Positions 11,501-20,300 of a stretch of 64,000 bases of DNA are shown here, piece after piece. The notes beneath the pieces are model-generated. The model was given only the letters and a program-made list of their open reading frames with translations, ran no database searches and was not told the origin of the DNA. The translations under genes and the position numbers were made by a program. Position 1 is the first letter of the stretch. Each line of letters opens with the position of its first letter. Source of the DNA: a virus; IMG/VR virus record IMGVR_UViG_3300042398_000319, positions 1 through 64,000 of that record. One strand, 5' to 3'.

Positions 11501-14500
11501 TAATGGTCAGATCTTAGAATATGAGTCAGCCACTAATTTATGGAAAAATAAAACAATTAATGCGTTACCTGCACAGGCAACACATAATGGACAATTCTTA
11601 ACAACAGACGGAACAAATGCCTCTTGGGCTACTGTAGATGCTTTGCCTCCACAAGCTACTCATGCTGATAAGTTCTTGAGAACTGATGGCACAGCGGCTT
11701 ATTGGGCAACAGTTAATTTGCCTACAAGCGCCTACACACGCACTTCATTTACTGCTACTGCTGGACAAACTACATTTAATGTAACTTATCCGCTAGGTTC
11801 AATTCAAGTTTATGTTAACGGTGTACTGTTAAGAACTTCAGACTATACAGCAACTAATGAAACTTCATTTACATTAAATGTACCTGCTAGTGCAGGAGCG
11901 GCAGTTGATGCCTTTGTATATAATGTTTATGGTGTTGGTCAAGTACTTGCTGAAAATATTATTGGCACAGTTGCTATTGGCTCTGGTGGTACAGGTGCTA
12001 CTACTGCATCTGGCGCAAGAACCAATCTTGGATTAGGTACTGCGGCTACTACTGATAGTACAGCTTATGCTACTGCTACTCAAGGTGCTAAGGCAGATAC
12101 TGCTTTACAACCAGCAACTATTGGTGTATCTGTACAAGGCTATAATGCTAATACCGTAATTGATTCTGCTTACGTGCATACCGACAATAACTACACTACG
12201 ACTGAAAAGTCTAAGTTAGCAGGTATTGCTGCAGGTGCCGAAGTAAACGTTAATGCTGACTGGACTTCATCTTCTGGCGATTCTCAGATTCTTAACAAGC
12301 CTACTTTAGGCACTGCATCTGCTCAAGATGTAGGTTATTTTGCTACTGCTGCTCAAGGTACTCTAGCTGATAATGCAGTAAGCGCTATTACATCTAGTGA
12401 CGGTAGTGTTATCATTAGCCCTACAGGTACAATTAGAGATTTAAGCGTAGGTACAGCCGCAAGTACAGGAAATTTAATTAGCCAAGTTCGTAATGAAACT
12501 GGTGGAGTATTAACCAAAGGTACTGTGGTATACATTAGTGGTGCTGCAGGAAATAAAGCAGTAGTATCTAAAGCTATCGCTACAGGTGACTCTACCTCTG
12601 CGCAGACTTATGGTATGGTTCAGGCAGATATTCCAAATAATCAAAATGGTTATGTCGTTGTTGTAGGTTCAGTTTCTGGATTAAATACAATTGCATATCC
12701 TGATGGAACTCAGTTATATTTAAGTGGTACTACTGCAGGTGGTTATACAAACACTAAACCTTATGCACCAATTCATTTGGTATATGTTGGTGTTGTAACA
12801 TACAGCCATGCTAATCAGGGTACTATTCAGGTTAAGATCCAAAACGGTTACGAGATGGATGAGATCCATGATGTATCTGCGCAGAATCCTACAAACGGTG
12901 ATACACTAGTTTATGTAAGCTCAACTGGGTTGTGGACTAAAACTCCTCAATCTACTTTATCAGTGGCTAGTGCTGCAGCTGTTCCATTCAGTGGTGTTAC
13001 AGGTAAACCTACAACACTGTCTGGTTATGGCATTACTGATGCTTATAGTTCTAGTAATCCCTCTGGTTATATTTCTGGAATTACTTCTAGCAATGTAACA
13101 ACAGCATTAGGATATACTCCTGAGAATGCTGCTAATAAAGGAAACGCTAACGGTTATGCTAGTCTTGATGGTTCAGGTTTAGTACCTGCAAGTCAATTAC
13201 CTAGTTATGTTGATGATGTCCTTGAATACACTAACTTAGCTTCATTTCCTGGAACAGGAGCTACTGGAAAGATTTATGTAGCATTGGACACTAACAAAAC
13301 TTATCGTTGGTCTGGAAGTGCTTATATTTATATTACTAGTGGTGCTGTAGATTCAGTTGCTGGTAGGACAGGAGTTGTAACTTTAAACAGTTCAGATGTT
13401 GGCTTGGGTAGTGTAGAGAACAAGAGTTCTGCTACAATTAGAAATGAGATAACTAGTTCTAATGTAACTAATGCTTTAGGTTTTACGCCTTATAATAGTA
13501 CTAATCCAAGTGGGTATATTTCTGGAATTACTTCTAGTAATGTAACAACTGCTTTAGGGTTTACACCCTATAATGCTACTAACCCAAGTGGGTATATTAC
13601 CAGCGCTGCTTTGAGTAGCTATCTACCGCTAAGTGGCGGAACTCTAACTGGTCAACTAATTATTGGCGCAACCGGGACAGCAAATTCTCCAACTCTACGC
13701 TTAAATACATCAAGCTCTGGTGCGTTTGTGCACTCTCAAGAAAACCTTGCAGCAAACTTGACTACTGGTCAACATATTATTTCTGTTATCGGTAAAACTG
13801 GTAATACTAAAAATAGTGGATACATTGGCTATACGTGGGCTGGTGATGCGTCTAACAGTAACTTTGTAACTATCGGACACTGGGGTGCTGATGATTTACT
13901 CCGAGTTTACGGTGATGGAAATGTTACCGTTGGAAGCAATACCGTTCTTCATGCAGGTAATTACAATTCATATGCCCTACCATTAGGTGGTGGTACTGTT
14001 ACTGGACAGACTTATATTAGTACAAGTGGATACCCTTTACAACTTATTTCTACTCAGCGTTATGCTTTACAAGTACGTAATACAAATAACAATGTTAATT
14101 CTGGTTATGGATGGTGGCTGGCTCACGATGCAAACTCTAATTTTGCTCTCCATGCTGATGGAATTGGTGATATATTAACCGTTGGACGCAATGGATCTTT
14201 TACTGTTAATGGTAATACAGTTTTAAACGCTGGTAACTATACTAGTTATAGCCCATCCTTAACTGGTTCGGGTGCATCAGGTACTTGGGGTATTAATATT
14301 TCGGGTAATGCTAGCAATGCTAGTAGTGCTAATGGTGCTTATCAATTAAGTACTGATACAACCTCAAAAGCTAGTGCACTCCAATATTGGCAAGCTTATG
14401 ATCGTTCAGATATAAATCCAAACAATAATTGGCATTACGCATTACGTATGTCTCATGGTGATGCTGAAACTTATTATTCAGGAACTATTGCATTAGATTT

Positions 14501-16925
14501 TGGCTCAGATATTTTATCTTTTAGGCGCAAAACAAATGGTGTTAATGCGTCTTGGAGAACTATTTTACATGATGGTAATTATAGCTCATATGCACTACCA
14601 CTAAGTGGTGGTACTATGACAGGGCATATTGTGCATGTAAGGGGTAGCCATAACTACTTCGAACGTAGTTCTGGAGTGGCTGTAGGTGGAATGGGCTGGC
14701 ATACAAATGATTCTTTTTATGTTGCAGGTCATCCTGGATATGGGCCTGGTGCAGGAAATGATGTTCGAGTCTATGGCTTTGGAAATAGTCTACACTTAGG
14801 TAACTCAACTTATGGTGATGTTTTAACTATTGCAAATGGTTATACTCAAGGAACAGGTTCTGTTCGTGCACCAATATTTTATGACAGTAATGATACAGCT
14901 TTTTATTTGGACCCTAATGGTACCTCTGTTTTAAATGTACTTTCTAATGCTGCTCTTAGCGATTCAAAACTGTATTTACGCACTAGAGGTGACAACAACC
15001 ATTACTTGTGGAATGCAGAGGATGATTGGGAAGAGCTAGTTGCATATGCTGGTACTGGCTTTAGAGTTGGTAATAGCAATGGTACTACTGCTTCTCTGAC
15101 TTGCTATGGCAATGCTAATGGTAATTATGTGCAAGCAGCAGGGTCAATGCGTGCTCCGATCTTTTACGATAGTGAAAATACGGGTTATTATGTAGATCCA
15201 ACTTCTTCATCAACATCCTTCTATATGAATGGGGGTATGGTAACAACTGCTCCTGGTGGTGCTATATTGATGCGACACGCTGTTTCTGAGGTTGATGCTT
15301 GGTTGTTTATGGAAAACGCCACAAATTGGGGTTTATACTGGAAAAATAATCCTTCTGGAAATCATGTATTAGGAGGATATACAACAGTTGGTGCTGAGTT
15401 ATTCGGTATGTCTGCTGTTAACTCTAGTGGTAATGGAGTTGCAACTACAAATTTTGTAGGTGCTACTTCAGCGGTTGCTCAATGGATGATGTCTAATTAC
15501 ACTGGTTATATATGGTCAGCTAGTACTATATTTGCAGCTGGTGATATGAGGGCCCCAATTTTTTACGATAGCAACAACACTGCGTATTACGTAGACCCAA
15601 ACAGTACCGGCACTTCAATGAATGCCGCAGGAAATGTGACTATTGGTAATGGTAGCGCAAACACGGGCTTATTTATTAACTATGGTGGTGGAGCTGGGGA
15701 CTACGCTGTAGTTGGCCGCTGCTATCAAGCTGGCACCAATAACCAAACCATCCATGTATTTTCAACTGCATGGCAAGGCGGTACGTTACAAAGTACATCT
15801 GCCGGCTCAATCAATTTGGACGGAGCTAACGGAACTACTATTGGCGCGTGGAACAACAATGATATGTGGATTGACAAAAGCGGCAATTCCCAATCTAGAA
15901 CAAGCAGCCGAGCACCTATTTTTTACGATAGCAACAACACTGCCTATTACTCAGATCCAAATGGCACTTCAATATTTAATAGTTTACTTGTAGGCACAAC
16001 TACACGTTGGAACAATGAAATTTTCAACGTAATGCGTAGTACAGATGGCACAGTTAATACTGTACCCGCAGTTGCAAGGCTAATGAATAGTGGCTCTGGT
16101 CGTATTACAAAGTTATTGTTCACAGATAATGCAATCATTGATGGTATTATGTGTATGGTTCCTGTTAGTGCGTCAAATAGTTATTTCTCTCTTGGTTTCT
16201 CAGGTTATACAGAGCAAGGCTTTCAGGTTTATTCAGATGGCCGTACTCAAAGTTCTGCCTCTTCAAGAGCACCAATTTTCTATGATAGCAACGACACTGC
16301 CTATTATGCAGACCCTGCTTCTAGTGGGAAATCAATGTTGTTTAATGGCAATATTGAATGTACTGCCCGCAGTGAATCTTGGGCTGAGGGTATTCGTGTT
16401 AATTGTCCAGGTCCTGGTAATTGGGGTGGTTTACGGTTTACCAGAAGCGGAAGTACAAGTAATTGGGCTATTGGTTACACAGGTTTAAATAGTACCGATG
16501 ATCTTACCTTTTACAGTGGTACATACAGTGCTATTAGACTTAACTTAGATCATTCAGGTAATTTAACAGCAAGCGGTAATATTACGGCTTATTCTGATGA
16601 ACGACTTAAGACTGATTGGAAAGCTATTGAACCTAACTTTGTTGAAAAGCTTTCTAAAGTAAAATCAGGCACCTACACACGTATAGAAGATAACCAAAAA
16701 CAAGCGGGTTCTTCTGCACAAGACTGGCAAAAATTATTACCAGAAGTTGTTAGTGAAGCAGAAGATGATCTTAAAACTTTATCTCTTGCATATGGTAACG
16801 CAGCTCTTGTTTCAGCAGTAGAACTAGCTAAAGAAGTAGTAGATCTAAAGTCTAAACTAAATCAACAACAATCAGAACTAGATGAGTTAAAATCACTAGT
16901 TAAATCCTTGTTAGCAAACCGCTAA
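8529..16925 (+). CDS. long tail fibre protein 1 with C-terminal intramolecular chaperone (peptidase S74-like) domain
   Basis: 2798 aa; about 850-aa Ala/Ser/Thr-rich stalk; 5 RAPIFYD repeats; C-terminal AYSDERLK autocleavage motif followed by a coiled coil. Confidence 0.85.
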   Translation: MATQNYEVTVNPNAITLDLTTQNNILTVQTVDYVMSLSRTGGQGAQGYSAYEIAVQNGYTGTAQEFSDELASIAEKSALAVASAAAAATSATSATNSATASAASASNSSISAGAASASANAAAQSAVTAAAQANASSQSATNSAASALESSNYADASEDSAIDSELSAADAAASEDAAASSEANALLYRNEAQTAATSAGTSSTNANAQALAASLSAASAATSATNADNSEDNAASSATSALNSATSANTSANQAAISATTATTQATSATNSATAAAASQADALVSKNSASASASTATTKASEASNSAATASTKATEASASAAQAVLSATSASTSASTATLKAAEAAQSAADAAAAQAAAEASLASFRSTYLGELNADPTLDGNGDPVMIGAEYFNSVANKLKVYTSTGWQFYDATAQTASQNAALSASQAASSAATSQSYATTAINKAAEAATSANAADASADAALASENAAESSEINASASENYALNYKNAAATSADLASSYASASGVSATNAATSATTATTQATNSANSATASATSATNSANSALASANSATNAANSAASAATSANDAGVSEANADTSEANALASANTATTKAAEASTSATNAATSATNSAASATSSALSEGLATTAAATATTKASEASVSATSASGSATTATTKAAEATTAATSANTSATNAATSATNAANSASSATTSSASASTSATLAGNSANAAALSETNAATSASAANTYASNAATSASSADTSESNAEIYADNALASSIAAANTVTTVTGYANTASTKADEASASATSAANSATSATASANIATTQATNASNSATAASTSASNASASATTATTQASNAASSATSASTSASAANISAINADTSATNAASSANTANVAKAAAEAARDQALAAFDNFDDKYLGEKASNPTLDNDGNPLVVGALYFNTTLQGMRVYTGTAWVAAYMSGDGYLLASNNLSELTNVVTARANLGLGTSALANGYSLDGLTDVTISSATNGQILEYESATNLWKNKTINALPAQATHNGQFLTTDGTNASWATVDALPPQATHADKFLRTDGTAAYWATVNLPTSAYTRTSFTATAGQTTFNVTYPLGSIQVYVNGVLLRTSDYTATNETSFTLNVPASAGAAVDAFVYNVYGVGQVLAENIIGTVAIGSGGTGATTASGARTNLGLGTAATTDSTAYATATQGAKADTALQPATIGVSVQGYNANTVIDSAYVHTDNNYTTTEKSKLAGIAAGAEVNVNADWTSSSGDSQILNKPTLGTASAQDVGYFATAAQGTLADNAVSAITSSDGSVIISPTGTIRDLSVGTAASTGNLISQVRNETGGVLTKGTVVYISGAAGNKAVVSKAIATGDSTSAQTYGMVQADIPNNQNGYVVVVGSVSGLNTIAYPDGTQLYLSGTTAGGYTNTKPYAPIHLVYVGVVTYSHANQGTIQVKIQNGYEMDEIHDVSAQNPTNGDTLVYVSSTGLWTKTPQSTLSVASAAAVPFSGVTGKPTTLSGYGITDAYSSSNPSGYISGITSSNVTTALGYTPENAANKGNANGYASLDGSGLVPASQLPSYVDDVLEYTNLASFPGTGATGKIYVALDTNKTYRWSGSAYIYITSGAVDSVAGRTGVVTLNSSDVGLGSVENKSSATIRNEITSSNVTNALGFTPYNSTNPSGYISGITSSNVTTALGFTPYNATNPSGYITSAALSSYLPLSGGTLTGQLIIGATGTANSPTLRLNTSSSGAFVHSQENLAANLTTGQHIISVIGKTGNTKNSGYIGYTWAGDASNSNFVTIGHWGADDLLRVYGDGNVTVGSNTVLHAGNYNSYALPLGGGTVTGQTYISTSGYPLQLISTQRYALQVRNTNNNVNSGYGWWLAHDANSNFALHADGIGDILTVGRNGSFTVNGNTVLNAGNYTSYSPSLTGSGASGTWGINISGNASNASSANGAYQLSTDTTSKASALQYWQAYDRSDINPNNNWHYALRMSHGDAETYYSGTIALDFGSDILSFRRKTNGVNASWRTILHDGNYSSYALPLSGGTMTGHIVHVRGSHNYFERSSGVAVGGMGWHTNDSFYVAGHPGYGPGAGNDVRVYGFGNSLHLGNSTYGDVLTIANGYTQGTGSVRAPIFYDSNDTAFYLDPNGTSVLNVLSNAALSDSKLYLRTRGDNNHYLWNAEDDWEELVAYAGTGFRVGNSNGTTASLTCYGNANGNYVQAAGSMRAPIFYDSENTGYYVDPTSSSTSFYMNGGMVTTAPGGAILMRHAVSEVDAWLFMENATNWGLYWKNNPSGNHVLGGYTTVGAELFGMSAVNSSGNGVATTNFVGATSAVAQWMMSNYTGYIWSASTIFAAGDMRAPIFYDSNNTAYYVDPNSTGTSMNAAGNVTIGNGSANTGLFINYGGGAGDYAVVGRCYQAGTNNQTIHVFSTAWQGGTLQSTSAGSINLDGANGTTIGAWNNNDMWIDKSGNSQSRTSSRAPIFYDSNNTAYYSDPNGTSIFNSLLVGTTTRWNNEIFNVMRSTDGTVNTVPAVARLMNSGSGRITKLLFTDNAIIDGIMCMVPVSASNSYFSLGFSGYTEQGFQVYSDGRTQSSASSRAPIFYDSNDTAYYADPASSGKSMLFNGNIECTARSESWAEGIRVNCPGPGNWGGLRFTRSGSTSNWAIGYTGLNSTDDLTFYSGTYSAIRLNLDHSGNLTASGNITAYSDERLKTDWKAIEPNFVEKLSKVKSGTYTRIEDNQKQAGSSAQDWQKLLPEVVSEAEDDLKTLSLAYGNAALVSAVELAKEVVDLKSKLNQQQSELDELKSLVKSLLANR

Positions 16926-16957
16926 CTTTTTACTATAGCCAATTTTAGGAGAAAATT

Positions 16958-17323
16958 ATGGCCGTTACATACACATGGAAAGTTACTTCCTTAAAGACAA
17001 AAACCGAAGGTGCTCATCAGAGCGCTGTTGTTCAAACTTACTGGACCAAGACTGGTGTAGATGAGGATGGACACGAGGGTACTTTCTCGGGAGCAACCCC
17101 ATTTACTTCAACAACCATGCCTGAAGGTTCAACCTTTATTCCATTTTCAGAATTGACTGAAGAGATCATTTTGAACTGGATTAAAGCAGTAGTTGTTGGC
17201 GGTTACGAAGAGCACGTAAATGCTCAAATTCAAAAGCAGATTGATGAGAAGCACAATCCAGTAACCGAGGCCCAGATGCCTTGGGCTCCTGCTCCAGAGA
17301 CACCTGCTCCAACACCCGCATAA
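16958..17323 (+). CDS. tail-fibre-associated small protein (paralog of 22480..22827)
   Basis: F.P.S.LTE...W....MPWAPAPE pattern shared with 22480..22827; each follows a tail fibre gene. Confidence 0.65.
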   Translation: MAVTYTWKVTSLKTKTEGAHQSAVVQTYWTKTGVDEDGHEGTFSGATPFTSTTMPEGSTFIPFSELTEEIILNWIKAVVVGGYEEHVNAQIQKQIDEKHNPVTEAQMPWAPAPETPAPTPA

Positions 17324-17353
17324 GGTTAACAACAAAACCAAAAGAGGTACTTA

Positions 17354-20300
17354 ATGAGTATACCACGTAATTTATCTAAATTAGCAGAGGGCACAGATTC
17401 TAGTGGTATACTAGGCATTGCTTATGGCGGTACTGGCGGAAGCTCCCAAGCTGATGCTAAGGCCGCTCTAGGCTTACATGCTGTAGCTACAAGCGGATCT
17501 TACTCAGATCTTCTAAATAAGCCCACAACTGCTAACATTATAGAAAATACAAACTTGTACTTTACGGATGCTCGGGCTCGGGCATCTGTAAGTGCTTCTG
17601 GAAGCCTCAGTTACAATTCAGCAACTGGTGTTTTCAGCTATACAACTCCTTCGACATCAGGAATTAGTGAGGGTACTAACCTTTACTATACAGATGCTCG
17701 TGCTAGAGGTGCTTTAAGTGCCAGTACTGGGATTAGCTATAATTCTACTACTGGTGCTATTAGCACTACTATTACACAATATACGGATACTTTAGCTAGA
17801 GGTGCGGTTAGTGCCTCTGGTGACCTAAGCTATAACTCTACAACAGGTGTGTTTAGTTATACAACCCCCAGTACTTCAGGTATTGTAGAGGGAACAAATC
17901 TTTATTTTACAGATGCTCGTGCTAGAGCATCTATTAGCGTTACTGGTGCTGGTTCATACAATTCAACTACAGGTGTTATTAACATTGTTGGTGGTGTAAC
18001 TAGCTTTAACACTCGCACTGGTGCTATTACTCTGAGTTCAGCAGATGTCACTGGTGCATTAGGGTTTACGCCTTATAATGCTACTAATCCAAGTGGATAT
18101 CTGACTGGCATTACATCAAGTCAAGTTACGACTGCTCTTGGATTTACACCTTATAATGCTACTAATCCTAATGGATATATTACAGGCATTACTAGTTCAA
18201 ATGTAACTACTGCTCTTGGATTTACCCCATATAATGCTACTAACCCTAGTGGGTATATTTCAGGTATTACATCTGGAATGGTTACTACAGCCTTGGGTTA
18301 TACACCTTATAACTCTAGTAATCCAAGTGGATATATTACTAGTGCTGCTTTAGGATCTTACTTGCCACTCTCTGGTGGAACTTTAACTGGGGACTTACGT
18401 CTTTCTACAATACGGGATACTTCTGGTATTTGGATACTAGGTAAGTATGGATCAGAGATTAGTCTTGGGTCAGCAGGTGCTGTTAATGATATTCGCTTTA
18501 ATAGTTCATCTGCTGCTGCATTTGAATATCGAGGTAATTCTATTCTTCATGCGGGTAATTATACTAGTTACACGGATAGTCGCTGGGGTGGGTTTACGGT
18601 TAATCAATTTAACGACCGAAATATTCGATATTATGGCAACTCCACTGCAGATCTTGGTTTTGCAGGTCTTAATAGCAGCGGATCGTTTCGCTGGCAGTTA
18701 TATGGTAATGGCACAGACTACGGATTTTTAAGTAGTGTTTGGGGTTCTTGGGATTTACGTAAGACCATTAATGGCAATTTTCACATTAATGAAAACGTTG
18801 CACTCCACGCAGGTAACTACACAAGTTACGCTCCGACTTTAACTGGCGGGGGTGCATCCGGTACTTGGAGCATTAATGCCACTGGAACGGCTGGGTCAAT
18901 TTCTGGATACAACAACCCTACTACTGCTGCTACTGCAAACACTATTGTTTACCGAGATGGAAATGCGCACATCACGGGAAATTACATTCTTGGATCATAT
19001 TTTAATGCGTCTGCTGGCAATTCAGAAAACCCCACTATTGGTCAAGTTTGGACGCAAAGCACTGGTGATAATTATCTTCGCAAATCAACACCGGGGCACT
19101 TTATTAGTCAGCTTGGTTTAGTTACTACTAGCAATTACAGCTCTTATGCTTTGCCACTTAGTGGAGGTACGCTTACTGGTGATGTTAACACAACAGCCAA
19201 CCTTTCAATTGGTGGCAGATCTATTCGGCCATTTGAGAACAACTCGTTTATTGAGTTTTATGTAGGAGGTGATGCCAATACATATTATCCAGTACGGTTT
19301 GACGTTTATGCATTTTACCACTTTGGTCGCTGGTCAATTTCTCGTAATTATGGCGAACCTGCCCCATGGGACCCAATTGGAACAGGAGCTCACAAAGGGG
19401 GTTTAACCCTTACGTGGGAATGGTCTGGTGATGGAGCTTGGGGTGGTAATGACAAAACAATGCGGGTTGTTCAATTTGCTGAATCCTATACGACAATGGT
19501 TGGAGGTATGGCGTTGTCGGTCAACGGAATTATTGTATGGCTGCGTGGTGGTAATGCATATTATAGATTCCATGGTCCAGGAGGCATTTTAAATGGTGCC
19601 ACCCCTTACTACAGCACATATACAGCTAGTAATGGTTCTACGTTTTCGCCTCGTTCATATAACGCTAGCACAGTAACTTCAGAGGTCACAAACAGAATGC
19701 CTGTTCGTGGTGAGTCTGAGCATTGGGATGGTGGCAATCGTGTTTTACATGCTGGCAACTATAGCTCCTATGCGTTACCTTTAAGTGGTGGTACCGTAAC
19801 AGGCCATTTAATAACAAATCATCAGGGTAACGGTTCTCCAAGCATTACTGTTAATAATGGTGGATCAGAAAATTGGCGAGCAATTAAAGTTACGGCTGCT
19901 GCTGGTGAAGATAATTTTGGAATTGGCTATAGCAATACAAGTCATTCCGTTTTTAGTAGAAATAATTTGTCATTCCACTGCGGGACTGGCGATTCGGTTC
20001 GCTTCCACTCAAATGGTTGGGACACCTTGTTTGAAGTTGCTGGGGCAACAGGAAATGCATGGTTAAAAGGTGGTCTTGGTATAGGTATTATTCCTGACGT
20101 GCGGCTATCTGTTAATGGTGATAGTCATTTTTCAGGAGTAGTGCATTTAGGTGGAACTGCAGGGTCTTATAATAGTTGGGGTTCCCGTGACTACACTACT
20201 AGTGGTAACCGTTATTTCAATGCTAACTCATATAATTTTGATAATTATGGTTATGGTAGCAACTGGTCATTTACATTAAGCGGTGGAAACGGTCAAGCAT

